NCBI GenBank assembly: GCA_964016885.1
Contig: OZ024755.1
Coordinates: 25,606,001 to 25,670,000 of the forward strand
Reading direction: 5' to 3'
Source: Eledone cirrhosa
Taxonomy: Eukaryota
DNA: 64,000 nt
The notes beneath the pieces were generated by a model. That model did no database searches and was not told the DNA's origin. It saw only the letters and a list, made by a program, of their open reading frames with translations. Shown piece by piece: positions 14,226-28,223 of this stretch; the stretch's first letter is position 1, and each line of letters opens with the position of its first letter. The translations under genes and the position numbers were made by a program.

Positions 14226-14935
14226 AAACTCCAATATGTCTCCCATCATCTTAACTACCACAACTTCCAATATGTCTCCCATCATCTTAGTTACCACAAC
14301 CTCCAATATGGCTCCCATCATCACTTCTACCTCAGCCTCCGATATATCTCTCATCTTCTCTACTACCTTAACCTCCAATTATCCCCCAACATCCATTTTA
14401 GCTCAGCCTCCAATATGTCTCTCATCTTCTATGTTGCGTCAACTTCCAATGTATCCCATCATCCCTTCCACCTCAACCTCCAATATGTATCCCATCATAT
14501 CTTCCACCTCAACCTCCAATATGTCTCCCATCATACCTTCCACCTCAACTTCCAATATGTCTCCCATCATCCCTTCTCCCTCAACCTCCAATATGTCTCC
14601 CATCATCCGTTCTCCCTCAACCTCCAATATGTCTCCCATCATCTCTTTATCTCAACCTCCAATATGACTCCCATCATCCCTTCTCCCTCAACCTCCAATA
14701 TGTCTCCCATCATCCCTTTATTTCAACCTCCAATATTTCTCCCATCATCCCTTTATCTCAACCTCCAATATATCTTCCAGCATCACTTCTACAACAAACT
14801 CCAATATGTTTACCATCTTCTTTGCTACCACAACCTCTAATATGTCTCCCATGTTCTTAGCTCCCTCATACGTCTCCCATAATCCCTTCCACCATAACCT
14901 CCAATATGTATCCCATCTTCTTTGCAACCTCCATC
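14226..14935. repeat. About 33-36-bp minisatellite
   Basis: AACCTCCAATATGTCTCCCATCATC recurs. Confidence 0.9.
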
Positions 14936-15098
14936 TTAATTTTATGAGTAATATTCCCTCCTGTATTTGGTTTCCAGAAATATCCATACCAGCGATCTAT
15001 GGAAATGCAAAACTGTTGATTTGATTTATTTTGACTTTCTTATAATCTCTTCTATGATCTCGGTTTAGTTTAGGTATATATATATGTGTGTGTGCGTT

Positions 15099-15151
<53 letters not shown>

Positions 15152-15264
15152 TTTTCACTAAAATGGCTGACTAAATACACACGTGTTTTTTCTCAAGTGA
15201 TTTGTTTCTTTTTCTTCCTCTACTCACTTTTTATATTTCTATTACATCTTTTGTTTCTCATTCT

Positions 15265-15302
15265 ATCTTCTGATGAAGAGCTAGTGTCCGAAACATTAAG
15301 AT
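15265..15302 (+). ncRNA. Ultra-minimal hammerhead-like PLE motif
   Basis: ATCTT-CTGATGA-AGAGCTAGTGTCC-GAAACATT-AAGAT. Homologous decayed copies are at 6099-6135 (-) and 35473-35508 (+). Confidence 0.5.
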
Positions 15303-15373
15303 ACTTTTTCTACTATATCAAGATATCAAGCGTTAAACTAATATATTTCTCTAATGTGCTGTTTACTTTTTGC

Positions 15374-15405
<32 letters not shown>

Positions 15406-15591
15406 GTGTATGTCTGTTTGCATACATACACACATATATATAATATATATATATATGAACGTATATATATATCAGCATTTAACGCCTGTTTTCCCTGCTA
15501 ACAAAGGTTAGATTTGCACACACAAACACAAGCCGAGTCAGTATTCAAGCGAAGCTACTGTTCTCTCAGATATACTGGGGAAATGCATGTC

Positions 15592-15661
<70 letters not shown>

Positions 15662-16012
15662 TAATAATAAACGTGAAGACTAAAATCCAAAGATCCCGTT
15701 AAGGGTGAAAGCAGCGATTCTTTGCTTAAACTTTAATCTCTGTTATTTTAATAAATATATATATATATTAGAAAGTGAGGTTTTTTTTTTACAGAATGAA
15801 ACATAACCGAGGTGTCCTACACGAGTGAAAGTATTAAAAAAAAAGATGAAATCGAAAATGCAAAAACCACAGACCCTCCATCTCAACTCTACTTTTGAAA
15901 AGCAGAAGAACTGCGAAACCGGTAAAGGAACCAAATAAATATATATATTTTTTTAAAATAAGACTCCAGTTGCATTTTCGATTTCACCTTTTTTTCTTTA
16001 TATATATATACT

Positions 16013-16051
<39 letters not shown>

Positions 16052-16398
16052 GTTTTTGTGTGTGTCTGTGTATATGTATGTGTGGATGTATATATATATA
16101 TATTTATATATGTATATATATATATATATCGTCACTGTGATCCTAATTAATATCAGAGGGTTAAACATTTATAACGGACGTATCAACAAGGATATTTGAT
16201 ACCTATCGGTAGTTGTTCATTAGTAGTTGGTAGTTGGTAGAGAGCTATGCACTGGTTGGTCAGATTCAGTCCTAACGTTGACAGATGATTCGCAGGCTTG
16301 TTAACACATCTACACATATATTTACACACGTACGTCAAACGTCCCACAAACACGTGTGCACACGCAGACAACCACCTAAATAAACAGTGTAGCTCACA

Positions 16399-18300
16399 TC
16401 AACACACACACACACACACATGCATGTTCAGACAAACAGACAGACGCGCATACATATACTCATACATAGACACACAGACGAACACACAAACACACACAGA
16501 GGCACACACACACACACAGACGCACACACACACACACACATGCATGTTCAGACAAACAGACAGACGCGCATACATATACTCATACATAGACACACAGACG
16601 AACACACAAACACACACAGAGGCACACACACACACACAGACGCACACACTCACACACACATGCATGTTCAGACAAACAGACATACACGCATACATACACT
16701 CATACATAGACACACAGACGAACACACAAACACACACAGAGGCACACACACACACACAGACGCACACACTCACACACACATGCATGTTCAGACAAACAGA
16801 CATACACGCACACATACACTCATACATAGACACGCAGACAAACACACAAACACACACAGAGGCACACACACACACACAGACGCACACACTCACACACACA
16901 TGCATGTTCAAGCAAACAGACATACACGCATACATACACTCATACATAGACACACAGACAAACACACAAACACACACAGAGGCACACACACACACACACA
17001 GACGCACACACTCATACACACATGCATGTTCAAGCAAACAGACATACACGCACACATACACTCATACATAGACACACAGACAAACACACAAACACACACA
17101 GAGGCACACACACACACACAGACGCACACACTCACACACACATGCATGTTCAGACAAACAGACAGACGCGCATACATACACTCATACATAGACACACAGA
17201 CAAACACACAAACACACACAGAGGCACACACACACACACAGACGCACACACTCACACACACATGCATGTTCAGACAAACAGACAGACGCGCATACATACA
17301 CTCATACATAGACACACAGACAAACACACAAACACACACAGAGGCACACACACACACACAGACGCACACACTCACACACACATGCATGTTCAGACAAACA
17401 GACAGACGCGCATACATACACTCATACATAGACACACAGACAAACACACAAACACACACAGAGGCACACACACACACACAGACGCACACACTCACACACA
17501 CATGCATGTTCAGACAAACAGACATACACGCATACATACACTCATACATAGACACACAGACAAACACACAAACACACACAGAGGCACACACACACACACA
17601 GACGCACACACTCACACACACATGCATGTTCAGACAAACAGACAGACGCGCATACATATACTCATACATAGACACACAGACGAACACACAAACACACACA
17701 GAGGCACACACACACACACAGACGCACACACTCACACACACATGCATGTTCAGACAAACAGACATACACGCATACATACACTCATACATAGACACGCAGA
17801 CAAACACACAAACACACACAGAGGCACACACACACACACAGACGCACACACTCACACACACATGCATGTTCAAGCAAACAGACATACACGCACACATACA
17901 CTCATACATAGACACACAGACAAACACACAAACACACACAGAGGCACACACACACAGACGCACACACTCACACACACATGCATGTTCAGACAAACAGACA
18001 CACACGCATACATATACTCATATATAAACACACATACAAACACACAAACACACAGAGGCACACACACACTCACACACTCACACTCACATGCATGTTCAGG
18101 CAAACAGACATACACGCATACATACACTCATACATAGACACACAGATAAACACACACAGAGGCACACACACACACACACACAGACTCACACACTCACACA
18201 CACATGCATGTTCAGTCAACAGACACACACACGCATACATATACTCATACATAGACACACAGACAAACACACAAACACACACAGAGGCACACACACACAC
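16399..18300. repeat. 120-bp tandem satellite built from CA-type microsatellite, about 16 copies
   Basis: CATGCATGTTCAGACAAACAGAC recurs every 120 bp. Confidence 0.95.
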
Positions 18301-18632
18301 AGACATACACGCAGACACACACACAGAGGTACAGACACACACATACACACATATACACGTATATATATATATATAGTTGTGCGCACAAACCAATGAAAGG
18401 AGCAATCAACACCTCATGTGGAAGTTTGTAAACTATATATGTATATAGATGTGTTTGTATATATATATATCTGTGTGTGTGTGTATGTGTGTGTGTGTGT
18501 GTGTGTGTGTACGAGTGTGTGTGTTAAGGTCAAGAGTTAGAATCCTGTTTCTTTGGAGTTTCCCCTGTATAATGGCAGGCGAAACTTTGGTGTGACAAGA
18601 TTCTCATATATTATCAAACTATATCTCTCTCG

Positions 18633-18735
<103 letters not shown>

Positions 18736-18869
18736 CAGTTGTGTATAATGCTAGCTATGGTGCTTCCATAGGCGGTATGCCAAAATTACCACTCGATATT
18801 CAGCAGAGTAGAGTGTAGATAGTATAAAGAAAACGAAAAATCAGTGATGCATCTGGACTTAATTTATTG

Positions 18870-18960
18870 CGTGTTACAATTGTTTCGCCGGCATGTAGCT
18901 CGAGTCATGGTCCTTGTATGGATCTGGCTGATTCTACTTCTGCGGGTTCTTTCAGACACG
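18870..18960 (-). ncRNA. Hammerhead ribozyme with 1-nt core insertion
   Basis: Reverse complement reads CGTGT-CTGAAAGA-ACCCGCA..TGCCGGC-GAAA-CAATTG-TA^-ACACG. Perfect stem I, palindromic stem III. Confidence 0.6.
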
Positions 18961-19202
18961 GGTGTTTCGTCTGGAGCAAATTTTATCACTGGGGTGTTAT
19001 CAACAAAAAACACCCTCAAAAAACCCTACTTCCACTCTTGTCATGCCATTGGGTGTTTTTACTCCACGTCATATATATATATATATATATATACGGAACA
19101 AAGGGACTTCGCAAGGTTTCATGGCTTAAATTTGACCAGAGAACAAGAGGCGTTGGAATAAACCAACGCTGTAAAATCAATCCGTGTAATTCTTCACTCC
19201 TT

Positions 19203-19261
<59 letters not shown>

Positions 19262-19400
19262 CAAAAGGGATATTTAATTTGTTGGTAAATCAGTTATAAA
19301 TATAGATGTTTATAACTGTTTCAAAGCACTCGACAAGTTTTCTGGAGTATAATATCAATGATATTAAATAAATGGAAACTATATTTATAAAACCATATTT

Positions 19401-19459
19401 ATTCTCTTATATATATTTCAAGGGTACCAAAACTTTGGTACGCTCTCATCAGATAAAAT
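19401..19459 (-). ncRNA. Minimal type I hammerhead ribozyme (inverted partner)
   Basis: Reverse complement reads ATTTTAT-CTGATGA-GAG-C-GTACCAAA-GT-TTTGGTAC-C-CTT-GAAA-TATATA-TA-AGAGAAT. Confidence 0.7.
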
Positions 19460-19537
19460 ACAAAGTTTGTTTTAGAAAAACTTGAACCGTAAAGATCTTC
19501 TTCCTGGATATGTCAATGTTTATAAAACAAACTTTGC

Positions 19538-19596
19538 ATTCTATCTGATGAGAGCGTACCAAAGTTTTGTTACCCTTGAAATATATATAATAGAAT
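19538..19596 (+). ncRNA. Minimal type I hammerhead ribozyme
   Basis: ATTCTAT-CTGATGA-GAG..CTT-GAAA-TATATA-TA^-ATAGAAT. Stem I covaries with the 35043 copy (C-G here, T-A there). Confidence 0.8.
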
Positions 19597-19639
19597 AAAT
19601 ATGGTTTTATAAATATAGTTTCTATTTATTTAATATCAT

Positions 19640-19715
<76 letters not shown>

Positions 19716-19724
<9 letters not shown>

Positions 19725-19967
19725 TTAGTCTCATTCATTCTCAGCCCCACACTCATCGACACAGTCTCAACCTCCTGCATCAAATCCTCTGCCTCCTTCA
19801 CTGTATTTGTCACCAAAACTATGTCGTCGGCAAATTCAACATCCGATATCTTTTTCGCCTTAACTCTCCTGCTCTGAGCCGGTGCTACAGTAAACCCAGA
19901 GTCCTGGTGTTTCTCCAGTGCAAGGCGCATACAATAGTCCACTACGATGATAAAAAGTTAGGGAGCC

Positions 19968-19968
<1 letters not shown>
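19716..19968 (-). mobile_element. RTE-clade LINE, inverted 5' segment (RT domains 4-6)
   Basis: Translates LAP*LFIIVVDYCMR..ISDVEFADDIVL..GLRMNETKT, with the FADD catalytic motif and one in-frame stop. Confidence 0.9.
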
Positions 19969-20748
<780 letters not shown>

Positions 20749-20762
20749 CGTGCGTGTGTGTG

Positions 20763-21063
20763 TTAATCAGTGTACACTGAGGATGAAGAACTCAGAACTG
20801 TATGGGAGCCTCCCAAAAGTCAGTTCGAAAGTAGCAGAGGTTCGCTGGACATGCTCACCGACATCCAGAGTTGACACTGCACTCAGTGCTCCTGTGGGAG
20901 CCCCTGCACGGACACACTAGAAGAGGGAGACCGAGGTTGATATATGTTGATGCCCTAAGGACAGACACTGGTCTCTTGGAGACGCAGGACATGGCAGCGA
21001 TGATGAGGGACAGGGACCGCTGCCAAGATTCGTCCATGGATCTCGGGAATTTTACCCGTCCTA
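20763..21063 (+). mobile_element. Second, diverged 3' fragment of the same RTE family
   Basis: Direct homology to 20300-20610, separated from it by (TG)n. Confidence 0.85.
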
Positions 21064-21064
21064 G

Positions 21065-21134
<70 letters not shown>

Positions 21135-21140
21135 GTGCGT

Positions 21141-21206
<66 letters not shown>

Positions 21207-21764
21207 ACGACAATCCTCTGCAGTTTCTGGCTACCAAATTCCACTCACTAGACATTGGTCAACTGGGAATGAATCAGAAACCACGTGACTGCGAAGTTAA
21301 TTCCTTCACAACACAGCCATACCTGCTTCTATATGAGTTATTAATAAAAACAAAATAGGTACAGTCTCTGAAAAAGTGATCGTCTGCTGAAATATGTTGC
21401 AGACATTTCGTTGTTTTTTAACCAATATGTCAGCAATTGGTGTTAGGTTTTCTGCGAATGTTTCGGGAATAAAAAACTGGCATCTGTTCTTGATGGAGAT
21501 TTATCTCTGTTCGGTTCTTCATGCCGTGAAATTAGAGCCCAAACAGCGGTTCTTACGAGCTTATCACCCATTGATAAATTACCCCCACTGTAATCACAGT
21601 CGGCTGCAATTTGTAATCATGTTACATGATAAATAAACACAAACGGCCACATTCGTACAAACAACGATACAGCCACACACAAACCACACACACACAATAA
21701 ACATACAACCAACAACCATACCACCACACAAACCACACAAACCACACAAGTTGCACATACAAAT

Positions 21765-21955
21765 AATTGTTTCTACTTTAGGCACAAGGCCAGCAATTAC
21801 CCCAGTGCATTACTGGTACTTTATTTTATCGACGCCGTGAGGATGAAAGGCAAAGTTAACCTCGGCGGGATTTGAACTCTGAATGGCAAGGGACGTAACT
21901 CTATGCGTCAAAGCATGGCGTCCGTCCCTCTACCGATACTGCCAATCCACCGCCT
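21765..21955 (-). mobile_element. tRNA-derived SINE
   Basis: Full-length match. Confidence 0.9.
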
Positions 21956-22025
21956 TGGACATACAAATAATGACACCACACAAACTCACAACCACTCAAC
22001 CACACACGCACACAGATTCACAAAG

Positions 22026-22091
<66 letters not shown>

Positions 22092-22093
<2 letters not shown>

Positions 22094-22290
22094 CAAAGGA
22101 ATTGTGGTAAGGAACCAGATGGACCATAACGCACCAGAGTACTCAATACTTAGGGTAGTAGAGTGGGAAATAGGAAAAAGTAAGACCCCGACGGCAGAGA
22201 TCAAGCCGTTTCGACGGCTATTTCTGGACTCCATGAAATAGCCGTCGAAACGGCTTGAGCTCTGCCGTCGGGGTCTTACTTTTTCCTATA
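22092..22290 (-). mobile_element. (TA)n-inserted element with terminal fold-back and HHR 3' half
   Basis: Palindrome at 22170-22289 containing GAAACGGC-TTGAGCTCT-GCCGTC. Same family at 33370-33490, 37732-37920, 45744-45820, 53205-53300 and 56670-56850. Confidence 0.7.
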
Positions 22291-22405
22291 TATATATATA
22301 TATACAATACAACCATCATCATCACCACTGCCACCCCCACCCCCACCATCGCCATCTCTGTCGCAACCAACATTATCAACACCACTGCTACTGCCACTAT
22401 ACTTC

Positions 22406-22443
<38 letters not shown>

Positions 22444-22517
22444 GATGTCCTTCGAATGAAACAGCTGTAGTCCTGTAAAAACCTTACCTATATTAAATTT
22501 TGTTATATATCTATATC

Positions 22518-22590
<73 letters not shown>

Positions 22591-22624
22591 ATGTGTGTGT
22601 GTATCATATATATATATATATATC

Positions 22625-22656
<32 letters not shown>

Positions 22657-22692
22657 TTACTATATATATATGTATATTATATATATATTTAC

Positions 22693-22725
<33 letters not shown>

Positions 22726-23282
22726 TATATGTGTTGTATATATATATACATATATATATGTATATATATATACATATATATACATATACACACATATATA
22801 TATATATATATATATACATATATATGTGTGTATATATATAAGTGTACGTGCGTTGTGTGTGATTGTGTGTGTGTATGCTTACATATATGTATGTGTGTGT
22901 ACATGTGTTTGTTTTATGGTCACTAATAAACAGTTTAGTACACACGATAATACTTATAATCTAATATGTACTGTTCTTGCTTGTACCCAGTAATGCAATG
23001 GGGTCGATTTAAACGACTTTCACCCCGCCCAAAAGTGTTGGCTTTGTGCCTAACCACTACTACTACTTGTACTACTACTACTACTACCACTACTACTACT
23101 ACCACTACTACAACTAATACTAATACTACTATCACTACAACTTCAACTAATACCAGTACTACCACCACAACTACTACTACAACCTCTACTACGACTACTA
23201 CTACTATTACTACTACTACCACTACAACTACTGCTACACTACCACTACAACTACTATTAGTACTACTACTACTACTCCTACC

Positions 23283-23322
<40 letters not shown>

Positions 23323-23488
23323 GCCTCTGGAATAATCACTGTCTCTGATATTAAAACCGGTGCCAAATATCTAATTAAACCAACATGGCCGTAAATATTA
23401 CTATATGATGGTGGGAGGGGAGAGGGCATTAACAATGTTTTTACTAATTAATGCGTCAGTCTCAATTAATAAATATCTTGTTATGTTG

Positions 23489-23590
23489 CTATGGTTGCTG
23501 CTGTTCATGTAAATCTGCAGAATTGGCATAAGAAAAAATGGAATGGATCGCTGTCAGTGGCGACGATGACTGATCCAGTTGTTCATTTAA
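23489..23590 (-). CDS. Candidate terminal exon
   Basis: ctcag|LNEQLDQSSSPLTAIHSIFSYANSADLHEQQQP*, phase 0 after 24235. Confidence 0.25.
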   Translation of the reverse strand, partial: LNEQLDQSSSPLTAIHSIFSYANSADLHEQQQP

Positions 23591-23592
23591 CT

Positions 23593-24165
23593 GAGAGATT
23601 CTCAAACTTTTTAGTCCACTGCCCTTCTCACGCCCACATAAAACCCTCAGCAGCACCCCAACCTTATTCCCAGAGAGACCTGTCTACACGCAAATTGTAA
23701 ATAATATATAATATATAAAATCATAAATTTATATATAATAAATAATTATTTCTATTTTTGGCACAAGGCCAGCAATTATCCCAGAGCATTACTGGTGCTT
23801 TATTTTATCGACCCCGTAAGAATGAAAGGCAAAGTTAACCTCGGCGGGATTTGAACTGAGAATGGCAATGACTGTAACTCTATGCATCAAAGCATGGCGT
23901 ACGATCCTCTACCGATACTGTCAATCCACCAATATAATATATACTATGTATAAATAAAGATTATATTTTTATTTTATTTTACTGTATCTATATATAGTAT
24001 GTATCATTTGATATTGATATATTCTATTATATCATCTCTACCACCCACTCACCACCACCCCTTAGGCCTCAGCGCCCCATGGACCTTCTCAACCCCCCCC
24101 CCCCCCCCCCCCCCCCCCCCACCACCACCACCATGGTTGGTAGTACCTCTAATTGAGAACCTCTA
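23593..24165. mobile_element. hAT-like MITE with nested SINE
   Basis: Imperfect TIRs GAGAGATTCTCAA / TTGAGAACCTCTA and an 8-bp TSD ATTTAACT at 23585-23592 and 24166-24173. Confidence 0.75.
23745..23930 (-). mobile_element. tRNA-derived SINE nested in MITE
   Basis: Full-length match. Confidence 0.9.
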
Positions 24166-24234
24166 ATTTAACTGAACAGATTACTTTTGAACTTAGCGTA
24201 TAAGTGGTTGAGTATCCCACAGATTGGTGCTCAC

Positions 24235-24344
24235 GTAATGTACTTCACAAGATGATACAACATGACACAATGTGTGATAAAACTGATCCTCAGAATTAGA
24301 AGCAGTATCCGTCCACCCAAGTTCCCTGTCAAGGGGTAGTACCG
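24235..24344 (-). CDS. Candidate 110-nt exon
   Basis: cacag|..VLPLDRELGWTDTASNSEDQFYHTLCHVVSSCEVHY|gtgagc, phase-compatible with its neighbours. Confidence 0.3.
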
Positions 24345-24662
24345 CTGTGTATATGATCAGATCACAACTATCCCTGTACTGCTGTATATATGATAATATC
24401 ACAACTACTCCATATATAATCTATATATATAATCATATCACAACTACTCCAGTATTGCTTATATATGTGATCAGATCACAACTACCCCAGTACTGATGTA
24501 TATATGATAATCTCACAACTAACCCAGTACTGGTGTATATATGATAATCTCACAACTAACCCAGTACTGGTGTATATATGATAATCTCACAACTAACCCA
24601 GTACGGGTGTATATATAATCATATCACAACTATCCCAGTACCAGTTTATATATGATATCACA
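24338..24662. repeat. About 36-bp minisatellite
   Basis: CCCAGTACTGGTGTATATATGATAATCTCACAACTA recurs. Confidence 0.85.
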
Positions 24663-24779
24663 TCTACATTATGCAACAATATCAGTAAAAACTATCTTTA
24701 CAAGAAGTTATAAATGTATACACACACACACACATATATATATATACATATATACATATAGATATACATACACACACAC

Positions 24780-24874
<95 letters not shown>

Positions 24875-24891
24875 TATATATATATATAGGC

Positions 24892-24994
<103 letters not shown>

Positions 24995-25009
24995 TATACA
25001 TATATATAT

Positions 25010-25057
<48 letters not shown>

Positions 25058-25144
25058 GGCGAAACCTAATCTAGCTAGCAATGTGTTGGTGTTGGCTGGG
25101 TAGGAAAAAGTTCTATTTTCAATGGCTGTTGTTTATTTACTCAC

Positions 25145-25213
25145 CATGTCTGAGGCAGTTCGTCCTCCATCTTGGTTGCCTGTCTGTATATGTCTCCATG
25201 TCCTGCTGACCAG
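25145..25213 (-). CDS. Candidate 69-nt exon
   Basis: tatag|..ACATG|gtgagt, in a unique-sequence island and open in all three frames. Confidence 0.3.
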
Positions 25214-25248
25214 CTATATACCACAATACCATACAGACACATACATAC

Positions 25249-25279
<31 letters not shown>

Positions 25280-25453
25280 CATACATACATACATACATAC
25301 ATACATGCACACATACTTCATCACACACACATACATCCACATTTCACACATGTACGAGCACGCGTTCATACTCACGTATGTATATGTATACCTTACACAC
25401 TTATTAAGTCACACTCACAACTCCCTTCCACCCGCCACACACGCGTGTATATG

Positions 25454-25503
<50 letters not shown>

Positions 25504-25511
25504 TATGCTTC

Positions 25512-25918
25512 GGGAGGGTCATGTTGCCAATAAGAAATACAGGCGCCAGTTGCTTTCATTCCAATTTATTATAAATTAAATTTATAAATTTAAGAATTTA
25601 TAAATTTCCGGACGGTTGGTTGGTTCCACAACTGTCCTACGCCATCTTGTTTTTGTGTGGACAACACACACAAAAACAAGATGGCGTAGGACAGAACAAA
25701 GGAGAGGCACAAAAACAAAGAAAAGAATCCTCAGTCATTGAAGAGGTCACAGAATGTGTGACGAAAGAACTTTGACAATATATGAACAACCGTCCGGTTG
25801 TGGAACCAACCAACCAACCAGAAATTTATAAATTCCTAAATTTATAAATTTAATTTATAATAAATTGAAGTGAAAGCAACTGGTGCGTGTGTTTCTTATT
25901 GGCAACATGACCCTCCAA
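25512..25918. mobile_element. Nested fold-back element
   Basis: Outer arms at about 25514-25633 / 25797-25917, inner hairpin at 25632-25694, (TA)n flanks and a decayed HHR. Confidence 0.65.
25734..25777 (+). ncRNA. Decayed hammerhead inside nested palindrome
   Basis: GTCA-TTGAAGA-G-GTCACA-GAATG-TGTGAC-GAAA-GAACTT-TGAC. Confidence 0.45.
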
Positions 25919-26041
25919 AAGTATAACAATATATATATCTATATATATATATATTGTTATACTCCCAAAGTATAACTATAACAATATCGGTTTCAACACA
26001 CGTTTTCAGATAAAGAATCTTGCTAAACAAATTCAGAAACG

Positions 26042-26074
<33 letters not shown>

Positions 26075-26166
26075 TTATTCCGGGTTCAATCGTAAGGTAC
26101 TCAATACATAACAGAGTAAGTAAGGTACTCAATACATAACAGAGTATAAAAGTTTTAATATAGAAG

Positions 26167-26217
26167 AGCTTCTACATGACTAGAACTGTTTCATTCGTGA
26201 GAAATCATCAGCGTGCT
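26167..26217 (-). ncRNA. Type I hammerhead ribozyme, inverted partner with stem mismatches
   Basis: Near-exact reverse complement of 26337-26387. Confidence 0.55.
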
Positions 26218-26336
26218 AAGTGTCCAAGTAAAAATGCTTTTAAAGAATTCCCTTCTCTTTCAACCAACGACCTCCACCCATCCCACTCCCCACCACCAGA
26301 AAAGATATAAATACCACCATTTTTACTTGGACACTT

Positions 26337-26524
<188 letters not shown>

Positions 26525-26937
26525 AAATGTGAGTCTGTGTGTGTTCGTGTCTGTGTGTCTGTGTGTGTCTGTGTGTGTCTGTGTGTGGCTGTGTGTGGCT
26601 GTGTGTGTCTGTGTGTCTGTGTGTCTGTGTGTGTCTGTGTGTTATGTAGACTTTCGGATTTTACAAAATATGTCAATATAAAGACACACGTGACTATGTT
26701 TATACAATTTACTCGCCTGCTCAAAGTTAATCACGTCCACACACTCACACAAATATACACATACCTACATACACGCCATCTCACGTTCAGACAGGCCTAG
26801 ATACACCCGGATATACACATACATATAACCTGCTATACATATACCCCCACCCCACCCGAGGTCACATTATATAGTTTAATATTGTATCAGCTCGATTTTC
26901 TCTGTATCACCTGATAAGGAGGTCATGTTTCTCACGA

Positions 26938-27635
26938 TCTTCTTCTTCTTCTTCTTCTTCTTCTTCTTCTTCTTCTTCTTCTTCTTCTTCTTCTTCTTCT
27001 TCTTTTTCCTTTTCTTCTTTTTCCTTTTCTTCTTCTTCTTCTTCTTCTTCTTCTTCTTCTTCTTCTTCTTTGCCTTCTTCTTCTTCTTCTTCTTCTTCTT
27101 TTTCCTTTTCTTCTTCTTCTTCTTCTTCTTCTTCTTCTTCTTCTTCTTTTTCCTTTTCTTCTTCTTCTTCTTCTTCTTCTTCTTCTTCTTCTTCTTCTTC
27201 TTCTTCTTCTCGAAGGTTCGTGGGGGCAAAGTCCTCAAACACTCCTTTCATCCTTCCAATGGGTCCTGCCAGATGCAAACGTCTCCAATTGATTCGGTTG
27301 GATCCCCAAGTAAGACCGGCCAAGCTGATGGTTGTTATCCAACCATCTTGCTCGAGGTCTACCCCTGGGTCTCCTGCCAGTTGGTTTAGTCCTGCCAGTT
27401 GGTTTAGTCTAAATTCTTTCCTGAGACATTCTAACCTCATGCCCATAGAATCGGAGATGTGATCTCTCTATTCGAGAAGCAGCGGCTCTACCTGGCGTGA
27501 CTCTCTTATGTCCAAGCTACCTACCCTATCAAGTAACTTTGCTCCATAAACCAATCGGAGGAACCACATTTCGATTGCTTGTATTTGTAAAAGAATTCTA
27601 TGGTTCATTACCCAAGATTCCTCGCCATAGGTAAG
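26938..27635 (-). mobile_element. RTE-type LINE 3' fragment with expanded (GAA)n tail
   Basis: The minus strand gives TLTYGEESWVM..IQAIEMWFLR.. with frameshifts. About 270 bp of (TTC)n marks its 3' end. Confidence 0.75.
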
Positions 27636-27784
27636 GGTTCTCAAAATTTAATCAACAATGTTATTTTCAGGTTAGAAATGGAAATATAAGCGATGGTAGA
27701 ATTGATTAACTTCCAGGGCATTATGTACTGCCTGTGAAGAGATGCCACAACTATACACACACACACACACACACACACAGAAAC

Positions 27785-27818
<34 letters not shown>

Positions 27819-27914
27819 CCGTGCGTGTGTTTTTGTTGTTACTGCTCACACCTATGCAAAATTAGCTGGTCTCCTACACGGTTGTATATAGTATGTTCTG
27901 GGTACATAGATATG

Positions 27915-27987
<73 letters not shown>

Positions 27988-28223
27988 CAAAATAAAATGA
28001 ACGATCGATGTAGTCTTCCCTAACTTGTCTACATGTCTGAAAGTTTGAAATATATATATATATAATAAAATATATATCCCTACACGCAAAAAGCGTCCAT
28101 GGACACATGTATTGTCCAACCATATGCCAATGTGGTTCAATTCATTCTCATCTCGGGAACAATTTTGAATAGCGCCAGTTCGCAATTTGAACTCGGGAAT
28201 TTTATATTCTCCGAGTGAAAAGA

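Larger units (their letters stand above)
19352..19645. mobile_element. Fold-back HHR element
   Basis: Inverted arms of about 120 bp between (TA)n tracts, homologous to 34918-35148 and 10750-10880. Confidence 0.7.

Noticed and set aside
14188-14667. 159-aa ORF with STSNMSPII repeats
   Set aside because: It is a minisatellite whose unit length varies and breaks frame, with no splice or other coding support.
15670-15745. Hammerhead-like GTGAAGA..GAAAGCA..TGCTT repeat (also 58055-58135)
   Set aside because: The core is non-canonical and stem I does not pair. The 13405-13458 / 58290-58345 and 31840-31896 motifs were likewise too degenerate to call.
26907-27446. Poly-Glu / poly-Lys protein
   Set aside because: It is the (GAA)n tail of an RTE fragment.
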